The notes under the pieces are model-generated. The model saw only the letters and a program-made list of their open reading frames with translations, had not been told where the DNA came from and did no database searches. Below are positions 22,044-35,254 of a stretch of 38,210 bases of DNA, one piece after another. Each line of letters begins with the position of its first letter. Position 1 is the stretch's first letter. Source of the stretch: Octopus sinensis (Eukaryota); NCBI RefSeq assembly GCF_006345805.1, contig NW_021835844.1, forward strand, positions 1 through 38,210. Direction: 5' to 3'. Both the position numbers and the translations under genes were made by a program.

Positions 22044-22362
22044 GTATGTATATATAATAAAGATTCAGTTGAAGCATCAAGTCAATCGGGTATTATCCGC
22101 ACAGCTCGAAGTAAGGTGAATAAAATCAAGATACGTAACAGGATGTCAAGTAGTAATTGAAAAATGTAATCATTACATCAATTTAAATACAGCGCTATCT
22201 TTAGCTGTACAAAATATGCATTTTCAACAGACAAGATATATTGATATTAATATTTCTTAAATATTTTAACGGAGCAAGAGGATGGAAGAATTTCATGCTG
22301 TCACTATTGCAGCAAGAATAGCTATGAAAAGAACAAACTACAATCCATGCCACTCTATAATT

Positions 22363-22406
<44 letters not shown>

Positions 22407-22521
22407 CTGCTTACATGCAGTTTCTGCTGTAGAGCGCTCCGTTTCTTAGCTGGCGATAAGAAATCACCATTTCTGAATCTTATACCTTATGTTATCGGAA
22501 AGTAAAACAAAAATGCATATA

Positions 22522-22565
<44 letters not shown>

Positions 22566-23129
22566 CGCGCGCGTGTCTGTATGTGGGTGTGCGTGCGTTA
22601 GTGTACGTGTTCTAAATATCCATCGTCGCATATTCCAGTATGTAATTGTAACTTATAGGCATATATGAAAACATAACCACCCTAGAAAAATAAAAATGAA
22701 ATAGGAATCGTAATCTATTTGCCAAGAATTTTCTGTAAGTTTGCAAGAGATAACGGCAAGGTACTGTTCATGAAGGTGATGACCACCACCACTACCACCA
22801 CTACCACTGCCACCATCACTGGTAACGTCGCTAGCAGCAGCAGCAGCAGCAGCAGCAACGCTTGAGTGTTAATGCGCTTATGATAATAAAGCCGTGTTAA
22901 ATGGAGTGCATCCATCCAATACACTTCCTGTCATTTGAAAATAATTCCCAGTAAAATAGCTTGATAGTTTATGAGTTTTGTGTGAATGGTTTCACAGCAG
23001 TGCCGCCACTGATTCCTAGATATCATCATCACCATGATCATCATCAAGGTTATTATGATTAAGGAGGCGAGCTGGCGGAATAGTTAGCACACCGGACTAA
23101 ATGCATAGTGGTCAAGTGCTCAAGGACTT

Positions 23130-23310
23130 CCATGTTCCTAGGAAGCAATCTTTTCTATAGAAGCTCTACAGGATCTTTCATGCCAGTCTCCTTCGACCAT
23201 TTGTCTATGTGTCTAAATCATTACTCACAATCTGATAAACATTTGCAGCCTCAAACGTCTGAGCATACTTGTAAAGCTTACGATAGGTGGTCAACTGTTA
23301 AATCATCTTC
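23130..23310 (-). pseudogene. Possible decayed LINE RT fragment (CR1/L2-like)
   Basis: Minus-strand frames give 'VSNDLDT*' and 'DKWSKETGMK', resembling the post-YADD 'LQxDLDxLxxWSxxWxMxFN' segment; frameshifted. Confidence 0.25.
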
Positions 23311-23929
23311 TGTTACGGAGCAGATAAGTGGTGCGTTAAGAACACATTGGTATGTTCAGTATAGGTCTCAAAGCAAGCAAAAAACATGACCATACACACA
23401 CACTCTCCACACACATACGCATACATACAAAGGCACATATGGAGACTAATATTCATACATAACAGACGCACGTACATAGCCACATACATATGGACGCACT
23501 CAAACACGCAGTCACAAGGAGACAGAGGCACACACACAAAGACACACACACACACTCACGCACATGCGCTTATACATATAAACACACAAACACGCACGCA
23601 CAAAAGCTTGAATATGCAAAATGCATACATACGTACACACATGCGTTCGTACATATATGCATACACATACTCATACATATTTGTATACACATGCACGCTG
23701 ACGCACACACGTTCGCACGAACAAATGAGATGAACGCAGCTTCGATAGTGGACAGAGTCAATAACTATTGAGAAGGTTTCAAGAAGCAACGGAAATTCTG
23801 GAAGAGAACAAATAGGTGCGGTGTTGTATGCAATCTACATGCCATTGCGATCTACTGCAACTTAAATCGAAACTAGCTTGTGATCTACATTCAAAATTGT
23901 GTTATAAATTTGCAATTATAATTAGAGAT

Positions 23930-24033
23930 GGATCAATATCTCCATATTCATCAAGGAGTTCATAGCGTCAGAGAAATTCTATTGTAACTTCTTCATCTCG
24001 AATAACCTGTGTGTAAAATTCTTTTGCTCTCAT
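23930..24033 (-). pseudogene. Possible N-terminal fragment of a Merlin/IS1595-like transposase
   Basis: ATG at 24033 reads MRAKEFYTQVIRDEEVTIEFL*RYELLDEYGDIDP; similarity recognised from memory only. Confidence 0.35.
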
Positions 24034-24829
24034 CACGACTTCTTTCAATAGATTCAGGACAGAAAGTGTTTAAATGATAACTTTTTTTTTTGGGGGGGGG
24101 GTATATACCAAACCTTCCGGAAGTCGAGTAAATAGATGAATTTTAAATGTAGGTCACAAACTATACCATTTGAACTAACGTAGATGACAAGCTATACCAG
24201 AAACAAGTATGTAAATCACGTACTACACCGGCACCATATATATAATATATATATAAATTGAGTGGAAATAGAATCGGTGAGTGTGTTAGTTATTATGGCG
24301 TAAATATAAAAGACTCTCCCTTAGCAAGAACAAGCTTTTCAGAAAAATAGGAAAAGATTTTTTAAAGCGACAAAGAGTCAATAACTCAAAGAATTAACCC
24401 ATAAAGCGCTGAGATTTGCACTTATATAGCGTGGGCTGCTGAGCACTTATGAAAATGAGACTACCATACACACATAAAAAACAAAAATACTTAAAATATC
24501 TTCATAGTATATAATGGTGGCAAGTTTTACATAATCATAAAAGTCATTGATTGAATTATTAGTCCTTGGGGGGTATCGGAGCGTTTGAGTGACATTAGAC
24601 ACCAACAAACGCCTATAAATAAAATGCATCTGGGCCATGATCATAACCTGTCGACTTGTGCCTGAGGGCCACGATCGTGGCCCGTCGCGCTTTATGTTTT
24701 GATAAGACTTAATCTGAAAGGAGGAAAAATTAGGAACACTTAATAGAAGTAATCAGGACTGGTCTGTAACATCAACAATCAACTCAGTCAAACATTAGCT
24801 GCCAAATTATTTTATTCATACTTTTTGGC

Positions 24830-25115
24830 TTAACCAGAAGTGAAAATAATATAAATTAAAATTTCGTCTGTCTTTACGTTCTGAGTTCAAATTGTTTCGA
24901 CTTAATCCCTTTGTTTGTCATTCTTTGTCCCCTCTATGTTTAGCCCCCTGTGGGCAATAAAGAAATAAATATAAAGTATCTAAATTTCGTCTGCCCTTAT
25001 GTTCTGAGTTCAGATTCCGCCAAGGTTGATAAATTAAGTATCAGTTGCGTACTGGGATTGATCTAATCGACTGGCTCCCTCCCCCAAAATTTCGGGCCTT
25101 GTGCCTAGAGTAGAA
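24830..25115 (+). mobile_element. Two partial SINE group C copies in tandem
   Basis: 'atttcgtctg...ttacgttctgagttcaa' at ~24862 and ~24985, each followed by tail motifs. Confidence 0.7.
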
Positions 25116-25704
25116 AAGAAGTATTTAAATTTGAATTATTTTGGAAAGTAATAGCAATGAGAGAAAGATGAATAAGGAAGGAAGAGGTGAAAAAAATCAG
25201 CGTTTCAGCTCTTTGTGAGTGTGTGTGTATGTGTGTGCGTGTACAAGGGAAGTGTGTGTGATTATTATGTACTTTATTTTGGACCTTATTTATATATAAA
25301 ATACTACAATTAGCCGTCATTATTGACGTCACGTGGTCAGCTAATTGCAATAATGAATATTTTAGTTTTTTTGAAATTATAGTTTCAAATGCGAATGTGT
25401 ATGAAATATCAATGAATGATATAGATGGGAAATGCAAAAAAAGAAACCAAAAAATTTCAAAACAGTCGATATTTTTGTAGTACAGAAATTACGATTTATG
25501 ACATAAAATATCCTCTAGAATTAGCTAGAGCTAATAATGACAAGCTTTAACTACTAAATCATGTTAAACACAACTCTGCAAATTCTACGTACATAAGCAA
25601 TTCCCTTTAAATACAACGAACAACCGGTAGTGAGACTGCTTTTAGCAGATCCCCAAAAGGGGCTCATGACAGGCAATGGGTTCATAAAGATAATAATGAC
25701 TTGA

Positions 25705-25915
25705 AATTTTGGCACAAAGCCAGTAATTATAGGAGGAGTTGGGTAAGTTTATTAAATCGATCCCAGTATTCAACTGGTGCATATTTTATCGGCCCCGAAA
25801 GAATGAAAGACGAAGTCGCCCTTGACGGAGTTTGAACTGAAAAAGATTAGACAGAAGAAATGCTTCTAAGCATTTTGTCCGGAATGGTAACGATTCTGCC
25901 AGCCTGCTGCCTGAC
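25705..25915 (-). mobile_element. SINE group C copy
   Basis: 'ttttggcacaaagccag...ggccccgaaagaatgaaag...cgattctgccagc'. Confidence 0.75.
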
Positions 25916-25939
25916 TAGTATACATAATATTACTTTCAT

Positions 25940-26160
25940 ATTTTAGCACAAGGCCAGAAATTTTAAGGGCGGGTTTCATTCGATTGCTTCGACCCAAGTA
26001 TTCAATTGACACTCATTTTATCGTTCCCGAAAGGAAGAAGGACAAAATCAACCCCCAAAAAATCTTTTATGATTTAAACACTTGGACGGTAAAGACGGAC
26101 GAAATACTACGAAGCATTTGGTCCGGCATTCTAACGATTCTGCCAGCTCCCCGCCTTAAA
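25940..26160 (-). mobile_element. SINE group C copy
   Basis: 'ttttagcacaaggccag...gacggacgaaatactacgaagcattt...gccagctccccgccttaa'. Confidence 0.75.
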
Positions 26161-26229
26161 GCAAATTAACATAATGATGTTAGAAAGATAGTTAGACAAA
26201 AACTTAAAACAAATTATAACTGATAGATA

Positions 26230-26648
26230 TACTCTTTTACTATTGTACTCTTTTACTTGTTTCAGTCATTTGACTGTGGCCAAGCTGGAGCACCACCTTT
26301 AGTCGAGCAAATCGACCCTAGGACTTATTCTTTGTAAGCCTAGTACTTATTCTATCGGTCTGTTTTGCCGAACCGCTAAGTTACGGGGACGTAAACACAC
26401 CAGCATCGGTTGTCAAGCGATGTTGGGAGGACAAACACAGACACACAAGCACATACACACACATACATATATATATATATATACGACGGGCGTCTTTCAG
26501 TTTCCATCTACCAAATCCACTCACAAGGCTTTGGTTGGCCCGAGGCTATAGTAGAAGACACTTGCCCAAGGTGCCACGTAGTGGGACTGAACCCTGAACC
26601 ATGTGGTTGGTAAACAAGCTACTTACCACACAGCCACTCCTACGCCTA
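26230..26648 (-). mobile_element. SINE group A, full length
   Basis: Near-identical to 19862-20298. Confidence 0.9.
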
Positions 26649-27548
26649 TATGGCTGTAATAAATAAATGAAACATTTTATTACAACCTCATAGAGATTAA
26701 CTTAAATGATGATAACACAAAAAGGAAACGGTTATGTGGTTACTCAATTTGCCAGAAGGAACAACGGCCGATTCTTCCTCAATTTACATCCTATAGTTCT
26801 TTTCGGAAAGGAGATTTCGGAAAACGTTCTAGATGCATTGTCAGTCAGTATTTACAAAAGATATCAAATCTGTCATGCCTTTGAATATAAATATGCAGGA
26901 TTATGAATGTCCAAACGATTAAAAAACGATAATAAAAACAACAGTTTTTTGTCAGCTCACCACCCTCTTATTTATAATATCAATAAAAATATATATCAAA
27001 TATTATATATAATATTTGTTCCACAGTTTATTAGTCGTCCATATTACGAATATGCTTTGACTACAATAGTCTCGGCCTTCGATTCAGTTTCATAGTTTCA
27101 TAGTAAAAGCGTTACACGTAGACCGTAACGGAAAAACATTATAGATTTAAATTCTCTACTTTCTGTTTCTCTTCCCTTCCTTACCTTTCTTTCGTGAACG
27201 TTATTCGCAATGGAATATGGCAGTTCTTTGTTATGTATGTAAAAGCCAAATGAGAAACAATTGCTATCGAGACTCCCATCCATCTATCTTATATTTCAGT
27301 TGAAAATGTCGATAATTTTTTTTCTTCTTTCGATGTAAATACAACTGTAAACACAATCGAATCCGTTCGGTTCGTTTTCCTCTTTCTTTCTGTTATTTAT
27401 TTATTTATTTATCTATTATTATTATTATTATTTTTTTTTTTTTTTACTTCTGTGTTAAAATCGGTTATATGTCACTCAAAACATGAAGTCATTAGCACAG
27501 AAGTCTCCCACCTCGATTTCACTGCATTTCTTTCTCCTACCCACCGAC

Positions 27549-27612
27549 CCATCGCCTCATTGCCTCATCGCCCTATTGCTCCCATCGCTCCCATCACCCT
27601 ATCGCCTCATCG
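27549..27612. repeat. Short 9-10-bp minisatellite (catcgcct-like)
   Basis: Degenerate repeats of 'catcgcct(c)'. Confidence 0.7.
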
Positions 27613-28042
27613 ACGCCCCCCCACCATCACCACCACCGCGCTCTCCCGACCGCCAAAGTCACTAATAACATAGCATCAATACCATCACACAGCTGCCATG
27701 CATTGACACGCAGATGCACACAGACAAATATCCACATTAATAGTATTGAATTCTTGTCTTGTCTATCTTCCGGATGCTGTTCTATTTTTGCCAGAACGTT
27801 CGGCAGCCATTGTAACTCCACTGTTGTCAAGATGCCCATATATTACACACGCAAAGACAGACACACACACAAAGGCACACACACGCACGAATGCACATGC
27901 ACGCGCGTGACTGCGTATATACAAATGTGTATTTGTGTGTTTGCGTATTTGTGTTGTGCGTGCGTGTGTGAATGTGTGCGTGCGTGGTGTGAATGTGTAC
28001 GCATCTGTGTGAAAAATGGGTATACACACACAAACACACACG

Positions 28043-28044
<2 letters not shown>

Positions 28045-28073
<29 letters not shown>

Positions 28074-28204
28074 TATATATAATAGATAGATAGATAGATA
28101 GATACAAGATAGATAGATAGATAGATAGATAGATAAATGATAAATGCTTAGATAGATAGATAGATAGATAGCAACACAGACAGCAAGACAGAACAAACAG
28201 AAAG

Positions 28205-28265
<61 letters not shown>

Positions 28266-28414
28266 GAAAGAGAGATACATACATACATACATACATACAC
28301 ACATACATACATACAAACATACATACGTAGGTAGGTAGGTAGGTAAGTAGGTAGGTAGGTAGGTAGGTATGTAGGTAGGTAGATAGGTAATAGGTTAGTG
28401 GGTAGGCAGTTAGG

Positions 28415-28490
<76 letters not shown>
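28045..28490. repeat. Compound (AT)/(GATA)/(GA)/(CATA)/(TAGG) microsatellite
   Basis: Direct periodicity. Confidence 0.95.
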
Positions 28491-28659
28491 TATTCGAGCA
28501 TCATCGAATCTTAATATTGTATAACCATATGAGAGTGTTTTGATTCAGCTCTGAATTATATTAAACCATTCTCTGTTACAACGCAACCTCAAGTCTCAGC
28601 TCAAGCAGGGTAAAATATAATTGGAATCTAGGCTGTGTATACATGATGCGTTTAATGTA

Positions 28660-28701
<42 letters not shown>

Positions 28702-28702
28702 T

Positions 28703-28751
<49 letters not shown>

Positions 28752-28844
28752 TATCTACCTATCTATCTTATCTATCTTGTCTATCTCTCTTATCTATCTA
28801 TCTTTCTGTATATATATATATATATATATAATATATATATATAA

Positions 28845-29032
28845 GGACAGACAAAGGTATTAAGTCGATTAGATCGATTACATCGACCCCAGTGCTTAAC
28901 TGGTACATAATTTATCGACCCTGAAAGGATGAAAGACAAAGTCGACCTCGGCGGAATTTGAACTCAGAACTTAACGGCAGACGAAATACCGCTAATTTTT
29001 CGCCCGTGTTAACGTTTCTGCCAGCTTGCCAA
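28845..29032 (-). mobile_element. SINE group C copy
   Basis: 'atcgaccccagtgcttaactggtac...aaagtcgacctcggcggaatttgaactcagaac...tttctgccagcttgcc'. Confidence 0.8.
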
Positions 29033-29202
29033 GCAATGCTGTTTTCTGCAAGTGCTCCACCTTTATTACAGCCCCTATTTGTTCCATGTACTTCTCAAGC
29101 TTATTATTGTTGTTGTTGTTGTTGTTGTTGTTGGTGGTGGTGGTGTTGTAATTATTATATTGTCAACTCAACTGATTACTGTTTTTGATTATAAAAATGT
29201 CA

Positions 29203-29700
29203 TTTGCAGAAATTTATATTCATGATATGAACACTAGATCCGGTTATCAAATGGATATTATGCTATATCTTAATGAACTGAGACTGATGTTTCATCGAAA
29301 ACTTGTGAAAAGTAGATCGTTCTATACGAAGCAGTAGGAAATATAAGTGTACATCGGAACATTATACTTAGTGAATTAGCCAAGAATACAGAAAGTGTGG
29401 AAACTGAGATAAAATAAAATCCTGACAAATAGTTATACATAGTAGAAAATACATTGAATTAATGATTAAGAATTGTATCAGCTGAGAGGAATATCATCAA
29501 GTGAGTGCATTGCCGATAATGACAGCTCAAATGGCTTGGAAAAAATGAGTCAAAACTAAGGGCAGAATATTATCAAACTCTAATGGATCAAATGTAGAAT
29601 GGCTGCACAAATGGCGGTCTTCGCTTATTCCAGATTCTCCGGTTCCTTCGTATTCTTTTAGATATTACAAAAAAGACGATGTTGTTTTTGACTCCATAAA
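29203..29700 (+). pseudogene. Decayed Helitron Rep/helicase N-terminal fragment
   Basis: 29203 reads FAEIYIHD (cf. Helitron FAQ(L/I)YIYD); 29523-29597 reads QLKWLGKNESKLRAEYYQTLMDQM (cf. NQxxLRAExYxGLxD); stops and frameshifts between. Confidence 0.55.
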
Positions 29701-29879
29701 TGAGAGAATTTTCCAACATCTTCGTGAGGAAAACAAACAGTTATAAAGCGTTGATTTCGTTACAGTGAAATACAACTTGTATAATTATGCTATGGAGTTT
29801 CAAAACAGCTGAAAATTTGGAAGTGTGGCACTACCACGACTGCTTGCTTCGGCTAAATTAAAATATACATATCTATCTC

Positions 29880-32258
29880 GGGACAACTGGTGGATCAGAA
29901 CGCAAAGTGGACTTTAGTGCCTTACCTGCATGGGCTGTCACAACTCTCGGCTTGAGAGGTGGAGTGTTCTGAAAGACCCATAACAGCCGCGGACGTACGG
30001 GATGCGATGGCAGGCTGCGCGGGAGACAAGTCGCCAAGGTTTGTATGGTCTGCCCTACGAACTTTATTGTCATATGCCAGACTTGTTTGGAGGCATCTTG
30101 GCAGCAGTCTACTGCAACTGACTGTAAAGCGAGAGTATCCCCGTCTCTGTAAAGCGAGGAGCGGTGTAACTGCTAAAGAAAGATCCAAACAAGGGGAACA
30201 TATTAGACAACTTCAGACCCATAACTCTGCTCAACGCAGATATGAAGATTTTGGCCAAGGTGTAAGCCGAGAGGTTGGCGCTTGTCATAGAGAAACTAGT
30301 CGACAAGGCGCAAATGGGCGCCGTGCCGGGCAGGAGTATCCATGACAGCCTCCATTTGATGCGCTACATCATAGATAGGGTAGTTAAGGAACCTGGCATG
30401 GGTGGGGAGCTGATCACTTTCAGTAGGGTAGACCATCACTACTTGGAGCCTGTCCTTAGAGCGGCTGGTTTTGGTCCCACCTTCCACGGCTGGATCGCTA
30501 CATTAAACAGCGACATCCGCTCGGTAGTTCGCGTAAATGGTCATCTGTTCAGATCATTTAACATTACGCATTCGGTCCGTCAAGGATGCCACCGCTAGTC
30601 GCTTCTATTGGCATTGGCTCTAGAGCCACTACTGCGGAAGCTGGCGACATTGAGGGGAATCTCACAGGAACTGGAGTGCGGGAAGAGCGTGTCTGCATAC
30701 GGCGAGACACTAAAAAAATACGAAGCGGTAACGAGAGCGAAAATTAACCGGGAAACGTCAGTGGGCTTGCGGTTCGGCACCTGGAGAAGCAAACCCATGC
30801 CGTCCGACAGCGTCTCCATCGTGGGACGCTGGGCCGACGGACCGGTTAAATTGCTCGGAGACCGGTTCGGTCCGGACCCCCACATGGAGAAGAACTGAGA
30901 CGAGATAACGGTTTGGGTGGCCACTCTCACCCAGCAATGGGCCGAGAGGAAGCTATCCCTAAAAGATCAGCAGAGGTGGCGAACACGTCATCGATTACAG
31001 TCTGAGCGCCGTGCCTTGTCCCGCTTTTTGTGGAAGGGAAGAGTTCCGATGGTTAGGCGATCCATTTGCTGTCAACACCCGCTAAATGGAAGGCTGGGCA
31101 TGCCGTGGTTGATGATGCACAGACATGCGCTGAGACTGCGACATCTCCGGCGCTTCATAGACAATGGTGAAGAGGTGTGGTCGCCGTTTGTGAGGCGCGC
31201 TTTCTCGCAGCTCGTCTGTTTAGCCGAACTGCAGTTGGATCAAACAGGGACCGAGGCTAGGCGAATGGCACCACGAGTGCTGCCTTGCTCTTAAGCAACT
31301 CTGCCGTCTGGGACCAAACTTCTGCGACTTCAATTCCACAAAGGCGTTCTATAGAAGATTAGTGGAGGGGAGGTGCGACGACGTTTTCGGGTAGAATCTG
31401 GGCGACGACGGGGAACACCTGACCTGCCTGTTCAGGACATCTTTCGAGCCGGGACCTATGGACAATCACCAGAGATCCCTGGCCTGGCAGTGCTATCGAG
31501 AAGCATTGCCCGTTCGGGATAAGCCCCACATGCACGGTTCGAGACGCACTGGACCGACTTGCCCGAGATGCGGTCAGAGCGACGAAACCGTTCTGCATGC
31601 ACTCATGCAGTGCCCAACTGTTTCGGACCTGTGGGCTTATGCCGAATGGCTGCTGTCACGTGTGGGACGAATTCGGTTGTCGGCCGAGTCTATCGTGAAA
31701 ATTGCTCCGCCACCTTCCCTTAACCTGGAATGCAATGCAGTCTTCATCTTACTGGTGGCCATGGTGAAAGAATGTGTGTGGCGGATTCGAGCGAAAGGTT
31801 TATAGACAAACACTTTCCTCTCTCGCCAAACGCTCATCAACTTTTTCACGTACCACTTGAAAATGAAAGATTCAATAAGAGGTGGGTAAATGTAGCAAAG
31901 ATGGTACGCGCGAATAACGAAATCACTTTGAGCATGATTCTGTAAATCGAAAAAACAGAGAGAGAGAGCAATTTGCTCTTATGTGTATTTTCCACTCCCT
32001 GCCTGAGGTTACCGTGGTCTTTTTCATAGGCTTTTCTCTCAACGGATAAATCTAATCTGCTTTTTACATTTTCACTCTTTTCTTCTTTTCTGTGATACCC
32101 GATCCCTTTTGATCGCTCTCCCCTTTTTTTATATTATCTCTTTTGATCGGAAATTTATTTTCTCCTTTTTTCCTATTTTCTTCTTTTTCTTTCGAAAATA
32201 AAAACTCTACATTGTATTTTGTCCCCTCTGTGTTCGGTCTTGTGTGGCTAATAAAGAA
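29880..32258 (+). mobile_element. 5'-truncated, frameshifted L1/Tx1-type LINE (ORF2 RT, C-terminal CCHC, 3' UTR)
   Basis: Joined frames: GDKSP..LPYE, DNFRPITLLNADMKILAKV, Q.GAVPGRSIHD, SVRQGC, ALEPLLRKL, CPRCGQSDETVLHALMQC; AATAAA at 32250. Confidence 0.9.
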
Positions 32259-32637
32259 AGTTATCTATATATCTGTCTGTCTGTCTGTCTGTTTGTTTGT
32301 CTCTCTGTCTGTCTGTCTATCTATCTACTTTTCTTTCTATCTATCTGTCTGTCTTTCTATCTCTCTGTCTTAATATTTCGTGTCTATACTCTTTTACAGA
32401 AAGAAAAGAAGAGGAGAGAGACCAATAAAAAGAAGAGGACAACCTTGTCTCAGTTGGACGGTCATTAATGAAATGATGAAATGATAATGATTCTAAACAA
32501 AAGAGTAGTAAATACGAAAAGAATAACAAAAAAAATAACTTTATCAGTTTTTGTCTCTAATTCCAAAAAAGATTATTGAATCCATCCCATGAGATGTCAG
32601 GAAATTCGTGGTTCTTGTTCGAAAGATAAAATAAATT

Positions 32638-32638
32638 G

Positions 32639-32688
<50 letters not shown>

Positions 32689-32959
32689 GCTGCTGCTGAT
32701 GTTACTACTACTACTACTACTACTACTGCTGCTGCTGATGTTACTACTACTACTACTACTACTACTAATACTACTACTACTACTGCTACTACTGCTACTA
32801 CTATTACTAATACTACTACTGCTGCTGCTACTACTACTACTATTACTAATACTACTACTACTACTACTGCTACTACTATTACTAATACTACTACTACTGC
32901 TACTACTATTACTAATACTACTACTATTGCTACTACTATTACTAATACTATTACTGCTG

Positions 32960-33016
<57 letters not shown>

Positions 33017-33024
33017 TATACTAC

Positions 33025-33068
<44 letters not shown>
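32638..33068. repeat. (CTA)n/(CTG)n then (TAA)n trinucleotide tract
   Basis: Direct periodicity; poly-L/poly-S ORFs. Confidence 0.95.
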
Positions 33069-33072
<4 letters not shown>

Positions 33073-33084
33073 CAGCAACAGCAA

Positions 33085-34012
33085 ATTGAAGTGCGATGGA
33101 GCGAGATGCTTCTGCATGGAAAGTATATACTTTGAAGTCGAAATGCTGATGTAGATCAAGCAACAATCCATCAGTGGTTTAGAAGTTCAGAACTGAAAAC
33201 AGAGATTGAAGGTTTCATATTGGCGGCACAAGATCAAAGCTTGCCAAAAAAACAAGAAAAAAAAAACTACCAGAGTAACGTTCTTCAAAAGGGTTCTGAC
33301 CCCGAATGTAGATTCTGTGATACATTTGACGAAACAATAGACCATCTAGTATCGGGATGTCCTCTACTGACACCAAACGAATATAAAAATTGTCACGAAG
33401 GGGTCGGACAGTATTTAAATTGGAAAATTTGCAAACCCTACAAAATCAGGACTCTTACTTACTGGTATGAACATCCCCCTGAGTGAGTCGTTGAACGTAA
33501 AAGTGTCACTATCCTCTTGGATTTTCCAGTCAACACTGACTGAACGATCCAGGCTGATCGGCCAGACATGATTGTTAAAGGCGGGAAAGTAAATACTTGT
33601 ATACTAATAGATGTAAATGTTCCCACAGAAAAATATACCTGTCAAGGAATTTGACAGACTAAGTTAATATGAGGACCTGGAAATTGAAATACAAAAGATG
33701 TGGTATCTTAAAACGAGAACTGTTCCTATTATTGTGCCCTAGGTACGATAAAAATGTGATGTCAGAAACATCTAGATAAGATCCCAGGAGAGCCATGGCT
33801 CAGAGAAATCCAAAAGATTTTGCTGACTAATACTGCCTACATCCTTAGAAAAACCCTACCCATTTAAATGTCATTGTTGCATTACATGAAAATATTTCAC
33901 TACCTCGCCTCCCCGAGCTTTCAGTCATATTGTAACATCTCTTAACCTTCAATCGTTCCAGGACACTGGGTGTGACTCGGCGAGTGACTGTAACCAAGAT
34001 ACAGATTAAAAG
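33085..34012 (+). mobile_element. 3' fragment of an R4/Dong-type non-LTR retrotransposon (CCHC + REL endonuclease), decayed
   Basis: LHGKY...EIEGFILAAQDQSL, CRFCDTFDETIDHLVSGC, ADRPDMIVK...ILIDVNVP, EDLEIEIQKMW; flanked by (TAA)n. Confidence 0.8.
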
Positions 34013-34017
34013 TAATA

Positions 34018-34048
<31 letters not shown>

Positions 34049-34064
34049 TAATAATATATTCAAA

Positions 34065-34270
34065 TTTTGGCACAAGGCCAGTAATTTCAGGGCAGTGGGT
34101 AAATTGATTACGTTGATTCCAATGCTCAACAGTTATTTATTTTATCACCCCCGTAAATAATGAAATGCAAAATCGACCTCGGCGGAATTTGCACGCAGAA
34201 CATGAAGAGGACGATATACTGCTAAGCATTTTGCACGACACAGGAACGATTCTGCCAGCTCACCGCCTTG
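34065..34270 (-). mobile_element. SINE group C copy
   Basis: 'ttttggcacaaggccag...aaatcgacctcggcggaattt...cgattctgccagctcaccgcctt'. Confidence 0.75.
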
Positions 34271-34344
34271 ATGATGATGATGATGATGATTATGATGATG
34301 ATGATGAGATGATGATGATGAGATGATGATGATCCTTTCTGTTA

Positions 34345-34530
34345 AATGTACAAGGCCTCGAATTTGTTGAAAGGGCACTAGTCGATTACATCGGTACCAG
34401 TGTTTAACAGGTACTTAATTTTTTCGACCTCGAAAAGATGAAAGGCAAAGTCGACCTTGTCGGAATCTGAACTCAGAATCTGAACGGACGAAATGCCGCT
34501 AAGCATTTCGCCCGTCGTGATAACGATTCG
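34345..34530 (-). mobile_element. SINE group C copy
   Basis: 'gaaaggcaaagtcgaccttgtcggaatctgaactcagaa...gacgaaatgccgctaagcatttcgccc'. Confidence 0.8.
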
Positions 34531-34597
34531 GCGTCTTACAGTAAGCAGATGAGATGCGACATATATAACCCGGGAAAAAGAAGGAAAAGATAGGATA

Positions 34598-34715
34598 AAC
34601 TCTTTACTTGTTTCAGTCATTTGACTGCGGCCATGCTGGAGCACCGCCTTTAGTCAAACAAATCGACCCCAGGACTTATTATTTGTAAGCCTAGTACTTA
34701 TTCTATCGGTCTCTT
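34598..34715 (-). mobile_element. 3' tail fragment of SINE group A
   Basis: 'actctttacttgtttcagtcatttgactgcggccatgctggagcaccgcc'. Confidence 0.85.
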
Positions 34716-34744
34716 TTATTTTAGTTACTTTTTATTTTTTTAGA

Positions 34745-35216
34745 TTTTAATTGTTTCAGTCACTAGGCAGAGGCCATGCTGGGGCATCACCTCGAAGGGT
34801 TTTAGTCGAAAAAATTGACTTTTGCTGAACTGTTAAGTTCTTTGTAAGCCTAGTACTTAATCTATTGGTCTCTTTTGCCGAACCGCTACGTTACGGAGAC
34901 GTGAACACACCAGCATCAGTTGTCAAGCGATGTTGGAGGGACAAACACAGACACACACACACATACACACACACACACACACACATACACACACACACAT
35001 ATACACACACATGCATATATATATATTTATATATATATATATATATATATACGACGGGCTTCTTTCAGTTTCTGTCTACTAAATCCACTCACAAGACTCT
35101 GGTCGGCCCGAGGCTATAGTAGAAAACACGTGCCAAAGGTGCTACGCAGTGGGACTGAACTCAGAACCATGTGGCTGGTAAGCAAGCTACTTACCACATA
35201 GCCACTCCTACGCCTA
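34745..35216 (-). mobile_element. SINE group A variant, full length
   Basis: Homologous to 19862-20298 with expanded internal (CA)n/(AT)n. Confidence 0.85.
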
Positions 35217-35254
35217 AAAATTATATCATAATATGAGTAATAAAAAAAATAATA

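Noticed and set aside
24666-24683. Perfect 18-bp palindrome gggccacgatcgtggccc
   Set aside because: Resembles the subterminal GGCC-rich motif of hAT-type MITE ends; isolated and no second end found
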